This document shows, in pieces, positions 39,609 through 49,692 of a stretch of DNA of 64,000 bases (positions are counted from its first letter, which is position 1; each line of letters begins with the position of its first letter). A program made the translations under genes and the position numbers. This DNA is from Rubripirellula sp. (GTDB lineage Bacteria; Planctomycetota; Planctomycetia; Pirellulales; Pirellulaceae): positions 4,896,001-4,960,000 of the forward strand of contig OZ244207.1 in the NCBI GenBank assembly GCA_965216875.1, read 5' to 3'. The notes under the pieces are model-generated. The model had not been told where the DNA came from and did no database searches. It saw nothing but the letters and a program-made list of their open reading frames with translations.

Positions 39609-40792
39609 GGTGCTCTGTCCCCGCCAGCGTCAGCCAGGGGACAGGCACTCGATGGGGGCAGCCAAAATGTCCGCGTTGGGTGCGCTATCCGCTCAAGCGT
39701 TCGTGGTGCTCTGTCCCCGCCAAGAGCATTCGCAGACAGAGGACAGGCATAGGCAATGTGGCAGAAGGTGGTCTGTCCCTGTGTCGAGGCGGGCCAAGAC
39801 TCGATGGCACCTACCGTTTCGGCCAGAGAGACTCTGAGCTCGGGTTCTTCGATTCGGCGGGCGGGCTCGAAAGCGAAAAGGGCTCAAACCGCGGCTGGGT
39901 ATCGGACCGACATTCGCTCACGGTCGCCGAATCGGCTTCGGGCAAACGCGGAGCAACGCTGCTGGGCGCGTAGGGATCCACAGCGATCTGCGGTGAAGCA
40001 ACTTTGTGCGACACCCTTTTGATCACAGACTCATCTTGGTGCTCTGTCCCCGCGGCCACACGTGGGTGCTCTGTCCCCGCGGCTTGGTGCTCTGTCCCCA
40101 CATCGGGGCTTGGCCCCACATCGGGGCTCGAAGGTTGTTCGAGCACACCGCCAGCCTGGCGATTCCAACCGAGACCGCTGCAACCAGCCACCGCGATGGT
40201 CGTCGCAGCGGCGATCAAGAGTGTGCATGAACGAGCTTGCATGGTCGTTTCATCGGCGCCCTACCAGGCTCAAGACCCGAATGTTTGATTCCAGCCGAAC
40301 GACCGTTGTGACCCGACAGACCGGCAAAACGCGAACAATTGGAAGGACCGAATCGACCACTACAACCGGTAATCTTTGCCATCAACCTTCCAATAGGGGA
40401 CAGGCACTCAAAAGGGGACAGGCACCTTCAAATTCATGACCCAACGACGGAAACCTGCATTGTTCCTGTGCTCTGTCCCCGGCGACGAGATATTGGCGCT
40501 CTGTCCCCAGGCGAAGCTCGAGCAAATGGACGGGTACCAAGGGGACAGGCACCTACAAATGCATGCCCCATCCCCGGAAGCCTGTTGCTTTGTTTCACGA
40601 ACGTTCCAAGGCGAGGAGACTGGGCAAACCGCGGATGAACACTGATCGACGCAGATGCCAGCACCGCTGATCTGCGTTCATGGGCGTTCATCTGCGGTTT
40701 CCTTGCCTGTCCCCGGGCGAGGCTCGGTGCCCGGGCGAAGCTCGGTGAGATGTGCTCTGTCCCCGAGATGACAATTGGTGCTCTGTCCCCGG
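39609..40792. repeat. Dense dispersed array of GGTGCTCTGTCCCC / GGGGACAGGCAC short repeats
   Basis: Roughly 15 copies in both orientations counted by eye (near 39609, 39637, 39704, 40037, 40065, 40086, 40395, 40412, 40468, 40495, 40540, 40704, 40752, 40777). Confidence 0.85.
39811..40242 (-). CDS. Putative small lipoprotein or truncated remnant
   Basis: Lipoprotein-type signal MQARSCTLLIAAATTIAVAG-C; the rest is low complexity with 3 x GTEH encoded by the repeat. Confidence 0.4.
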   Translation of the reverse strand: MQARSCTLLIAAATTIAVAGCSGLGWNRQAGGVLEQPSSPDVGPSPDVGTEHQAAGTEHPRVAAGTEHQDESVIKRVSHKVASPQIAVDPYAPSSVAPRLPEADSATVSECRSDTQPRFEPFSLSSPPAESKNPSSESLWPKR

Positions 40793-41092
40793 GCTGTGAG
40801 ATTGGGTGGTTGCTAGCAAAAAACCGGCGGAAAAATCGGCTTCAACTGCGGCTGCTACGTTTGACAAGCCTGCGACAATCAATACGATTTCGCCCCAGGG
40901 AATTCAAACATCAAGGATTCCCCATCTTCGCTGATCCGGATGACCCGTATTAGCGAACGATGCGATTCGGCAATGTCAAAGGGAAAAGACCTGTTTCGGT
41001 GACGCGGGTATCCAACACCAGCTCTCATCGATTTCGGGAAGCCGGATCAACGACCACGGGACCAAGATCACCAGGGAAAGAAGGAGTTTGGT

Positions 41093-41362
41093 ATGACCCG
41101 CATTCCACTGAGCCGCGCGGAAGAAGAAGCTCGCTTGCGTCGTGAGCGTCTCGACTTGAGCATCGCCGAAATGGGCTTGAGCGTTCGCACCACAAACTGC
41201 TTGGAAGAAACAGGCATTTTGACCGTCCGCGACCTGCTCAACGCGACGCCACGCCGCCTCTTGGCAATCTCGAACTTCGGCGAAAAGACGCTCGAGGAAG
41301 TCTACATCGCCCTGGAAAAGCTGGGCTTCTACCGCCCTAGTCGCGAGGCAGTTGCCTCCTAG
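41093..41362 (+). CDS. Stand-alone RNA polymerase alpha C-terminal-domain-like protein
   Basis: LDLSIAEMGLSVRTTNCLEETGILTVRDLL...LLAISNFGEKTLEEV matches the alpha-CTD pattern; AAGGAG SD. Confidence 0.88.
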   Translation: MTRIPLSRAEEEARLRRERLDLSIAEMGLSVRTTNCLEETGILTVRDLLNATPRRLLAISNFGEKTLEEVYIALEKLGFYRPSREAVAS

Positions 41363-41568
41363 TCCAGACGGCAATTGCCTTCCATCTGCCACCGCCAGCA
41401 ATTGGCATCGTTCCTGCGGGCGCTGTCGGGCTGACCGTACCGACGTGACTCGGTTATGGCCAGTCGATTGCTTGCGTTAAGATGTCCCTTTGCCCACGCC
41501 GCGGCGGCTGACGACGCGGGAATTGTCGATGGGCGACGGTTTCAGTCCAACTCCGCTCGAAAGCATCG

Positions 41569-42630
41569 ATGCCTCGTTTTCCAAGACCATGGAGCAAGAA
41601 ACGGGGCGAGCGAATCGCTGCCGGAGCGCTGAGTGGAATCGCGGGTGAATTCGCTTTTTACGCGAGTCTGTTAATGGCTGGCGTCTTTGGCATCTCGCTG
41701 ATCATCATCAACCAGCTCGCACCCGAACGGGCCCTCAGTGTCGCGTCAGGTGCTCTCGAAACGAGCTTGAGCAGCTGGATTTTCGGTGTTTTGTCGGTCG
41801 CCTCCATCGCGACTGGCTGCGGTGGCCTGATTTTCCGATTGGTTCGAGCCGGCGCCAGCAGCGAACGGCGCAGTGTGCTGGCCAGTCGCGCTGGTTCGAT
41901 CGAAATCGTTGGCCCCATCCCGGAAGACAACCCAAAACTGCCTTCCGTTCCCCGTGGCCGGTCGCTGACCGATAGCCCGGGCGAACACCAAACTTATCGG
42001 CTCGCCCCCGAAACGGGAGCGGCCGGCGGATTGGTTGGCCCCGCCGTCCTGGCGCTGCTGTGGAACGCGGTTTGGTTCGTTCTGTTGGCGGTTGCCGTGT
42101 CAGGATTCTGGTACGGTCGCCCCCGCTACATCCTCGCCGGGCTGCTCGTTCCATTCGGCTGCATAGGAATTTGGTCGTTCCGCTATTTCCTGTCCCAGCT
42201 GCGTCAACACGCCGGTGTGGGACCGAGCATCGTCGAAATCAGCGCCCATCCACTTTGCCCAGGCGGAACCTACCAAGTCCACGTCGCCCAAATGGGGCGG
42301 TTGAAGCTAAAGCGGCTGAAAGTCCAGCTGACATGCGAAGAAGAGACGTTTTATCGCCAAGGAACGGACGTTCGCGTCGAAAGGTATGTGGCCTTTACCC
42401 AGGTTCTGCACAAAGAACGCGATGTAGACGTTGACCCGCAGCAGCCTTGGGAACAACAATTAACCTTCGATCTCCCCGAAAACGTGATGCATTCGTTTGT
42501 CGGTTCACACAATGCGATTCGGTGGAAGATTGAAGTGATCGGAGAGTCCCGTCCGTGGCCATCGTTCTGCCGAAGTTTTCCCGTCGTCGTCCATCCACCG
42601 GGCTTGCCGCTGAAACGCAGCCTGCGGTGA
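41569..42630 (+). CDS. Membrane protein (4 TM) with C-terminal arrestin/SpoOM-like beta-sandwich
   Basis: Hydrophobic segments, LLWNAVW motif; C-terminal LTCEEETFYRQGTD...LPENVMHSF...IRWKIEV. Confidence 0.6.
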   Translation: MPRFPRPWSKKRGERIAAGALSGIAGEFAFYASLLMAGVFGISLIIINQLAPERALSVASGALETSLSSWIFGVLSVASIATGCGGLIFRLVRAGASSERRSVLASRAGSIEIVGPIPEDNPKLPSVPRGRSLTDSPGEHQTYRLAPETGAAGGLVGPAVLALLWNAVWFVLLAVAVSGFWYGRPRYILAGLLVPFGCIGIWSFRYFLSQLRQHAGVGPSIVEISAHPLCPGGTYQVHVAQMGRLKLKRLKVQLTCEEETFYRQGTDVRVERYVAFTQVLHKERDVDVDPQQPWEQQLTFDLPENVMHSFVGSHNAIRWKIEVIGESRPWPSFCRSFPVVVHPPGLPLKRSLR

Positions 42631-43076
42631 ATGTATCGCTATGCCGTGACGATGGGCTTTACGAAGCTGGCGGCGAGATGACGGTCAAGTGGCGCGTGTC
42701 TCGTGTTCCCATCGACGAACTTCAGGGAATTGAGATCTCGGTGCTCTGGCACACCGAAGGCAAAGGGGACGAAGACCTTCACGTCCACCACTTCCATCGC
42801 CTGGTCGAAAACCAGATTCGGCGCGCCGGTTTGGCTGACGAGCAATCCTTTTCCTGCGACCTGCCCGTCACCCCACTCAGCTATCACGGCCGTTTGATCA
42901 GCGTCCTGTGGTGCATTCGTCTTCGCCTGTTCCTCGGTGGATCACGCGAAATCGTTGCTGAACAACCCTTCCACCTGGTCGCCCCAGGGTCTCGGCGACA
43001 CGTCACGGTTGCAGCCACCGCAACCGAAGCCGCTGGCAGTCCCGGCACATCGACCAACGTGGCGTCGGCCAGCTAG
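42627..43076 (+). CDS. Small arrestin-N/SpoOM-like protein
   Basis: GTGA overlap start; IEISVLWHTEGKGDED...LPVTPLSYHGRLISVLWCIRL. Confidence 0.6.
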   Translation: MNVSLCRDDGLYEAGGEMTVKWRVSRVPIDELQGIEISVLWHTEGKGDEDLHVHHFHRLVENQIRRAGLADEQSFSCDLPVTPLSYHGRLISVLWCIRLRLFLGGSREIVAEQPFHLVAPGSRRHVTVAATATEAAGSPGTSTNVASAS

Positions 43077-43765
43077 TGTCGGCGATCCCATCCAATCCGT
43101 TCAGCACGCGGTTTGTTGCTCCCGGCGCGATCCCCTTCCGCTTTCACGCCAACGCCAATCCTCTTGGTGCCCACAGTGCCGAAACCATTGTCGATCAACT
43201 CACACGCGTCCGCTTTGGTGTGATTGTCGGTCCACATGGCTCGGGCAAATCGACCCTCCTCAAGTCAATGGAGCCGCTCGCCCGCAGTCGATTCAAGCAG
43301 CTCTCCCAAATCCAAACACATGCCTGTGAGTCATCGGGCTGGCGAGCATCGAGTCGACATCGGGCGACCGTTTGGCGAAGCGTGCGCCACAAACTCAACC
43401 AACTTGGCGACGGCGGATTGCTGATTGTTGACGGCCTGGAACAGTTGTCGCGTTTTGATCGATGGCGTTTGGTCGCGCGTGCGAAAGCCCGCGGCCTTTC
43501 GATTCTTGCTACCAGCCACAGTGAATCGGTCCACTTTGCGACACTCTACCGAACCGAGATCACCCGCGAGTTGGTTCAATCGCTTGCGGAAGAGCTCCTT
43601 GAGGATGCACCGCCAAAGATCCGCCAAGCGGTGGCCGAAGAATTAGATGCACGAGACTTGGCGAGCATCAACGATGTTCGCCAATTATGGTTTGACCTCT
43701 ACGATAGCGTGCAAAGCGAATTGATCGCCGCCAACGATTCGTCGTCCAAGGCCCTACGCGTCTGA
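43076..43765 (+). CDS. Small P-loop ATPase-like protein
   Basis: Walker A GPHGSGKST, Walker B LLIVDGLEQ, LATSH; N-terminal SNPFSTR. Confidence 0.75.
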   Translation: MSAIPSNPFSTRFVAPGAIPFRFHANANPLGAHSAETIVDQLTRVRFGVIVGPHGSGKSTLLKSMEPLARSRFKQLSQIQTHACESSGWRASSRHRATVWRSVRHKLNQLGDGGLLIVDGLEQLSRFDRWRLVARAKARGLSILATSHSESVHFATLYRTEITRELVQSLAEELLEDAPPKIRQAVAEELDARDLASINDVRQLWFDLYDSVQSELIAANDSSSKALRV

Positions 43766-43849
43766 CAACTCTGCTCCGCTGAAACGTGCTTGGCCGAATT
43801 AATACTTGGCCGAGAAACCTGCCCACCGCACTTCGTTAAAGAACACCCA

Positions 43850-44611
43850 ATGGCTCAACGCTTGTCTGTCGTGATGGTGCATTCGCCGCCTGCTTCGCTT
43901 GCCGCCAGCCAATTGGCCGAAGCGATCGTCGGTGAGCTGATTGGATTGCGCGAAATCGACCTGACGCTCATCGGACCGATCGACCAACTAGCGGAGGGAT
44001 CGAGTGATCGGCTGTCGCTCGAGTCACTCTCTGGAGACGTAGCGCTTTTGGATTGGCAACCACCGTCGGCAATCATCAAGTCACTCGCAACGCTCAACTT
44101 CGTCGGCAGCCGCTCTCCTCATGCCAGCGATCCTCATGCTGGCGAAGCCGCCTCATCGCAGAAACACGCACCGCCCCAACCGTCAACGCGTCGTATTTAT
44201 GCGTTCGACCTTTCTCAGTTTTCACAACCCAAGGCGGTTTGCGATGCGCTCGTTCGACTCAAAGGGACCCGTCAGGTGCGCACCTTTGACTTGGCGCCAA
44301 CGCTGGGCGGAAAGACGTCGCCCATTGGAGGAAACGAAGGCTCGCAGCGTCCCGGGGCGTTGCCGGTAACCCAAGCTCCAACTTCCCAAGCTTCAACATC
44401 CGGAGCCCAGTCTCCTCCGACCGGGGCGTCACAAAACCAGTCTCCCCCTGAAGCTGGGAACGAAATGGCGGAACCGAAGTCGGCAACCCGATTCCAGCAG
44501 AAACCCGGCCAAAAGAGTGAAACGCCCGCTGGCTCCGATTCGCCTTCACAGGTCAAGCAACCGGATCAACTGGACGCCCTGATTGACCAACTCGATCAAC
44601 TCGACCCTTAA
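43850..44611 (+). CDS. Hypothetical protein
   Basis: Long ORF in operon orientation; ordered N-domain, P/S/Q linker, C-terminal LDALIDQLDQLD helix. Confidence 0.6.
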   Translation: MAQRLSVVMVHSPPASLAASQLAEAIVGELIGLREIDLTLIGPIDQLAEGSSDRLSLESLSGDVALLDWQPPSAIIKSLATLNFVGSRSPHASDPHAGEAASSQKHAPPQPSTRRIYAFDLSQFSQPKAVCDALVRLKGTRQVRTFDLAPTLGGKTSPIGGNEGSQRPGALPVTQAPTSQASTSGAQSPPTGASQNQSPPEAGNEMAEPKSATRFQQKPGQKSETPAGSDSPSQVKQPDQLDALIDQLDQLDP

Positions 44612-44719
44612 TCTCGGGCAACGAATTGCCATCGCAGGCTGGGGGTGATAATCTAGGATCGTGCGCCGAGCGATGCGGATGAACCGCCTCGGGACCTTTT
44701 TTATTTTCGGAACTTATTT

Positions 44720-45085
44720 ATGGCGGCCATCACCACACAAACAACTGGCGAGATTTTGGTCGTAGGCTTCACCGACAGCAAAATCCTCGATAGCCAACGC
44801 ATCGAGCAGGTGGGCAAGGAACTGCAAGACGCGGTGCCACAAGCGATTCACAAAAAGATGCTCCTCAACTTCCGTGGCGTCTCGTTCATGTCATCGGCGA
44901 TGATCACCAAGTTGGTCATGCTCAACAAAGGCTGTACGGCTCAAGGTGTTGCCCTCAAATTCTGTGAGGTTTCGCCGAACGTTTTGGAAGTCTTCAAAAT
45001 CACCAAGCTGAACAAGTTGTTCGATATTCAAGAAGGTGAAGAAAAAGCCGTCGCGAGTTTCGACAAGAAGGGCTGGTTCGGCTGA
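44720..45085 (+). CDS. STAS-domain anti-sigma factor antagonist
   Basis: LLNFRGVSFMSSAMITKLV, VLEVFKITKLNKLF. Confidence 0.92.
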   Translation: MAAITTQTTGEILVVGFTDSKILDSQRIEQVGKELQDAVPQAIHKKMLLNFRGVSFMSSAMITKLVMLNKGCTAQGVALKFCEVSPNVLEVFKITKLNKLFDIQEGEEKAVASFDKKGWFG

Positions 45086-45114
45086 TTCGCAACTCGGACG
45101 ACGAGCGGCTTACA

Positions 45115-45777
45115 GTGGACCCACGACATGACCAAACCGCTCGTTTGATCGAAAATGAACGTGCGCAGATTGGGCACGAGATTCATGATGGCCTGCTGCC
45201 TTTGATCTTTGCAGCCTCCGCAGGCCTCGGCGCTTTGATCGATGATCTCGCCACCGGTGGCGAAGAAGAAACGCCGCGATTGCAAAGGGCTCGCCAAGTC
45301 GCCGGATGGCTGGACGAAGCGATGCAATCGGGACGCCGCATTCTGACCGGCGTCTATCCACCAGAACTCAGCGATGGTTCGTGGACACACGCCGCGACCG
45401 CCTGTGTCGAACGACTGCTCGGTGACAAAGCGTCCTGTGTTCAGTGGAACCTCGACCCCGCGGTCAACGAACTCGATGCCGGCGATGCGTTGGCTGCGTA
45501 TCGCATCGTGATCGAAGCGATCCGAAATGCCATCAGCCACGGTGGTGCAACCCTAGTCGACGTGGTTGCTGCCAAGAGCGAAGCGGATGATTGGGTCATC
45601 TCAATCACCGACAACGGCTCGGGGTTTGAGCCGAGTGAGATCCCGAAAGACCGGTTCGGTTGCCGAGCGATGGCAGGTCGCGCCGAACTCGTCGGCGGTA
45701 CATTTGATCTGGAGTCTCGGCCAGGCGGTCCCACCAAAGTGACACTCACCCTGATCCCAGTGAGCGACACGCGTTAG
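45115..45777 (+). CDS. Histidine kinase (HisKA_3 + HATPase), no sensor domain
   Basis: ERAQIGHEIHDG, YRIVIEAIRNAISHG, ITDNGSGF, GG...S.PGGPT. Confidence 0.88.
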   Translation: MDPRHDQTARLIENERAQIGHEIHDGLLPLIFAASAGLGALIDDLATGGEEETPRLQRARQVAGWLDEAMQSGRRILTGVYPPELSDGSWTHAATACVERLLGDKASCVQWNLDPAVNELDAGDALAAYRIVIEAIRNAISHGGATLVDVVAAKSEADDWVISITDNGSGFEPSEIPKDRFGCRAMAGRAELVGGTFDLESRPGGPTKVTLTLIPVSDTR

Positions 45778-45905
45778 CGTCGGGCCTTGTGATTGTCGCC
45801 TTTCGCTCCGCGAAAGCAGCGCCATCAAACGCAACTTTTGCGGAGCAAAAGGCGACGATGCCAGAAGGCGGTTTCAATCACCACGCTCAGGCGAGCGTAG
45901 CGACG
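45760..45905. repeat. REP-like cluster
   Basis: GTGAGCGACACGCGTTAGCGTCGGGCCT; inverted pair GTCGCCTTTCGCTCCGCGAAAG / CTTTTGCGGAGCAAAAGGCGAC; CCACGCTCAGGCGAGCGTAGC. Confidence 0.8.
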
Positions 45906-45975
45906 TTGAGTTCATGGCCCGAGTTCATGGCCCGGCCGCTTATGCGATCGCGGCTCACGAGATTCGGCTGGCGAA

Positions 45976-46218
45976 TCAGGAGGTCGTCGTGTCCATTTCC
46001 TTGAGCGACTTGCCCAAGCGTTTGCGTCCGCCGGTGTTCTTGCGCGACTTGGATTTGGTTCCTGTGTCACCCATGATCAACGCGGCGACATTGGGATGAA
46101 GCTCATCGGAATCGGCTGGCGTGCCAATCTGCTCGATCGCATCGCTGACGCCCAACAAAACGGATTGCCGTACGCCGTCGCGAAGCCACTCAAAGAAATT
46201 CACGTTCACGGGATCCAT
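45976..46218 (-). CDS. Small hypothetical protein
   Basis: NFFEWLRDGVRQSVLLGVSDAIEQIG...RKRLGKSLKE; protein-like composition. Confidence 0.65.
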   Translation of the reverse strand: MDPVNVNFFEWLRDGVRQSVLLGVSDAIEQIGTPADSDELHPNVAALIMGDTGTKSKSRKNTGGRKRLGKSLKEMDTTTS

Positions 46219-46361
46219 CCCTCATCGTGTATTGGTTCGACGCTTGCCCCAACACTGCGCTGTTTGGCAAACCTAAAACTAGCCTAATAGTCATCGGTTC
46301 GCTGACGCGTCTAGATTGACTTTTATTCCGTCGCAGGAAAACGGTCGCATTCCAGCAAACA

Positions 46362-46405
46362 CCCTCCCGCTTGCGGGAGGGTCGGACGCTAAAGTCCGGG
46401 GAGGG
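46362..46405. repeat. CCCTCCC...GGGAGGG palindromic REP-like element
   Basis: CCCTCCCGCTTGCGGGAGGGTCGGACGCTAAAGTCCGGGGAGGG downstream of apbE. Confidence 0.6.
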
Positions 46406-46432
46406 AAGGAGCAAGGGAGAGTGTTTTTGACA

Positions 46433-47458
46433 CTAGCTTGGATCACGCTTCGTTGTACCCATCCGTGAAACAGCAGCAAACTCATCGGAAGACTCGTCGA
46501 CCCAATCGATTTGCTCGCTCGATTCGACCTGAGTTTCATCCTGACGCTGCCCCTCGGCGACGGCAATCGTGGCTGGCCGCTCCCAATCGGCATCCTCAAA
46601 ATTTGAGTCCTCGCCAGCAACGAACATCCCTGTCGAACAGGCATCCGCATCGCCAGCCGATGACATGATCACGGTCAACGACAATAGGTCGCCAGCAGGA
46701 TACCCCGTCCTTGGGTCAATCACGTGACCGTAGCGTTTGCCGCGATAGTGAAAAAACTGCTTTCCACTTCCGCTCGTCGCCAGAGCCGCGTCGCGCAGCC
46801 ATATCCCACCAAGACGGCGGTTGGGCTTGGTCGGATGCCCGATCCCCACGGCCCAACCTTTGCCAGACCCAGCCACTTGATCGCCTGCCGCAATCACACT
46901 GCTGGCCCCACCGTGAAACAGAAAGTCGGTCACACCAGCATCATGCAGCCGACGGGCAACCCGATCGATCGCATCCCCTTTGCCGATGCCACCCATATTC
47001 AACGACATTCCTGGGGTGGTGAACGCAATGGTCGAAGCGCCCGCGTCGAGCGACAGTTTGTGCGATCCCACCCGCTGTCGAGCCGCTTCGATTTCTTCCG
47101 AAGTCGGCTTTCGTCCACTGCGACTGAGAAAGCCCCAAACCTCGACGAGCGGACCGGCGGTGATATCAAACGCGCCGTCGGTCCGTTGGCTCCACAAGAC
47201 CGCCCGCTCGATCAACTCGAAGGTCGACCGTGACACGCGAACCGGTTGCTCATCGGCGACGAGATTGACGCGCGAGATTTCGCTGGCTGCATCGTAGACG
47301 GTGAGGCGTTTTTCGATTTCGTCGAGCTCGTCCATTGCTGCCACCGCCGCCTCGACCGCGCCGGCATGCTGTGGTGGAAGCAGCACGACAAACTCCGTTG
47401 CCATCGCCCGGTGGGTGACCTGAGTCACCATGTCGTTTTGTGGCGGAGTTGGTGTCAT
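46433..47458 (-). CDS. apbE: FAD:protein FMN transferase
   Basis: AMAT, SEISRVN, GAFDITAGPL, GGIGKG, ATSGS, HVIDPRTGYP, ADACST. Confidence 0.92.
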   Translation of the reverse strand: MTPTPPQNDMVTQVTHRAMATEFVVLLPPQHAGAVEAAVAAMDELDEIEKRLTVYDAASEISRVNLVADEQPVRVSRSTFELIERAVLWSQRTDGAFDITAGPLVEVWGFLSRSGRKPTSEEIEAARQRVGSHKLSLDAGASTIAFTTPGMSLNMGGIGKGDAIDRVARRLHDAGVTDFLFHGGASSVIAAGDQVAGSGKGWAVGIGHPTKPNRRLGGIWLRDAALATSGSGKQFFHYRGKRYGHVIDPRTGYPAGDLLSLTVIMSSAGDADACSTGMFVAGEDSNFEDADWERPATIAVAEGQRQDETQVESSEQIDWVDESSDEFAAVSRMGTTKRDPS

Positions 47459-47856
47459 GAAATCGCGGGCTGCTTCCGATAAATAGGATTCTGGTCAACA
47501 GAGACGATGTGGAAAGCCAGCCTAACTCATGGTCGCGGTTCCCCCAATCGGCGAACCCGACGGGGCGATCCCGAGTCCATGATGTCGTTCCCATGACTTG
47601 CCAAATCACAGAACTGGCTGGTACCCGTTTTTGGCATGATGGGCCACGGCAGGGGGGTGCCGCCCAAATGAGGGCTACGGATCCAACGCCAACAGACCAG
47701 AGACGAGCAAAAAAGCCCCGAAACGAGGTTTTGGACCTGAAACGGGGCAAAATAGGGTGCTCATGTGCGGATTGGGTTGCGTGAATCAGTACGATCCCAC
47801 ACAATCTTCGCTTCGGCGTCGACAGGTAACTGTCGCCCACCGAGGTTGAAGCAAAA

Positions 47857-47945
47857 GGAGCGGTGGCTGAGTGGTCGAAAGCGCCGGTTTGCTAAATCGG
47901 TGAACCGGGAAACCGGTTCCGCAGGTTCGAATCCTGTCCGCTCCG
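47857..47945 (+). tRNA. tRNA-Ser(GCT)
   Basis: GGAGCGG/CCGCTCC acceptor, anticodon loop TT-GCT-AA, long variable arm, GGTTCGAATCC; CCA not encoded. Confidence 0.95.
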
Positions 47946-48103
47946 CTTTGACAACCTACTACGCTTGGATAAGCAAAACAAAAGACAACACCATCGCGAA
48001 TTAGATCCCGATCCAGACAACACCTGAGCCGCTCGCCAAGCTTCACCCGGCGACACATTCGACGGTGTTACAAATCCAATCTGGTTTCGGTTACCGCATG
48101 GTC

Positions 48104-48176
<73 letters not shown>

Positions 48177-48369
48177 CTTCTTTTCTTTCTCGCGGTCGCG
48201 AGTCACCTTCACCATCAAAGTGTCGGTTATCAAAGGCATGCAGAGCGACAAACCGATCCAGTCGCTATAACCGGAACCGACTTTGCGGGCTGCCTTTGCC
48301 CGCTTCAACTTCCACTTGGCAGCGTTCGATTTCCAGAGGTGTGTTCCTCCCTCTCAAGGCGCTGGCTCA

Positions 48370-49692
48370 ATGGGTTTCCTGCATCGCGTTCGACAGCTCG
48401 CTATCGCGATTGCTTTCTGCGCGGTGATCGCTGGGAAAGGCGTCTCGCTGGCCCAATCACCGGCAACAAACGATGCCGGGAACGTCGCTACCAACAACCA
48501 AATGGGTAGCAACTCAAATGGCAACAAGGTACGACAACTCGGCAATGTCCCCGAAGATGTTGGCTACCAACTTCAAGAATCCAACCAGCGGATCGACGCT
48601 CTCTTTCAGCGCGCCCCGCTCGATCCCTTGCACGAGATTTGGGACCGCTTGAACGAGCGAACCAAAACGGGCTGCAACCTCGATATGGGTGTCAACTACA
48701 CCGCAATCTATCAATGGGCCGACACGACCGTTTCAGGGCCGAAGAGTGCCGGAGATGGAGACCTCGATTTCTTTGGCCGTTGGACACCCTTTGGATGCGA
48801 TCGCTGCTCCAATCAAGCAATCGTCTTCACAAGCGAATGGCGTCACAAATACTCACGCATCGCGCCAGACCAGTTGAATACGGGAACGGTTGGTGGAACG
48901 ATCGTCGGCTTTGACGTCCAAGACTTTTCACTTATCCAACTCTACTGGGAATCAGGCAAATACGAGGATGGCTTCATCACGCGCGCGGGCAAGATGGATC
49001 CTGCGTTGATCTACGATGGCGGCCGCTTCGTCAGTTCCAACTACGCGTTTTTCAGCCCCGCCTTTTCCGACACACTTACTGCGGCCTTGCCCGATGCGGG
49101 ACTTGGTATTGCGGGGGCAATCTACCCTACGGACGCCACCTACGTGCTCGGTGGGATCCACGATGCCAACGCCAAACGCAGCACGACTGGCTTCAATACG
49201 TTCTTCGGCGAAGGTGAACTGTTCAGCGCCTTGGAGTTGGGTTGGTATCCCAACGAGGGGAAAGTCGACGAAGGGATGTACCACATCACGTTCTGGCATT
49301 CCGACCCGCGCCGCAAAGCGAACCGCCGTGGCGATCGTGGCATCGCGTTGACAGCCGAACAACAGATCGGATGCGATGGCAAGATTGTTCCATTTCTGCG
49401 TTACTCATACGCCCATCGTGGACTCAACAACGTTCGCCAGAACCTTTCACTTGGCGTTGGCGTCGAAGAGGTCTTTGGCCAGAACTTTGACATCGCTGGC
49501 GTTGCCTGGTCGTGGCAAGAGCCCTCCAACAAAACGCTTCGCGATCAATATGTCTTTGAAACGTTCTATCGCTTTCACCTCACGCCGCACACGCACCTCT
49601 CGCCCGACATCCAAGTGATCATCGACCCTGCTAATGCACCCACCAAGGACTCGGTGACCGTCCTTGGCCTGCGGTTAAGAACGCTCTACTAG
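48370..49692 (+). CDS. Carbohydrate-selective porin (OprB family)
   Basis: Signal peptide; QYVFETFYRFHLT...SPDIQVIIDPA...VLGLRLRTLY beta-barrel terminus. Confidence 0.82.
   Translation: MGFLHRVRQLAIAIAFCAVIAGKGVSLAQSPATNDAGNVATNNQMGSNSNGNKVRQLGNVPEDVGYQLQESNQRIDALFQRAPLDPLHEIWDRLNERTKTGCNLDMGVNYTAIYQWADTTVSGPKSAGDGDLDFFGRWTPFGCDRCSNQAIVFTSEWRHKYSRIAPDQLNTGTVGGTIVGFDVQDFSLIQLYWESGKYEDGFITRAGKMDPALIYDGGRFVSSNYAFFSPAFSDTLTAALPDAGLGIAGAIYPTDATYVLGGIHDANAKRSTTGFNTFFGEGELFSALELGWYPNEGKVDEGMYHITFWHSDPRRKANRRGDRGIALTAEQQIGCDGKIVPFLRYSYAHRGLNNVRQNLSLGVGVEEVFGQNFDIAGVAWSWQEPSNKTLRDQYVFETFYRFHLTPHTHLSPDIQVIIDPANAPTKDSVTVLGLRLRTLY

Noticed and set aside
39609..40792. Possible CRISPR-like array
   Set aside because: Repeats are only 12-14 bp, in both orientations and irregularly spaced.
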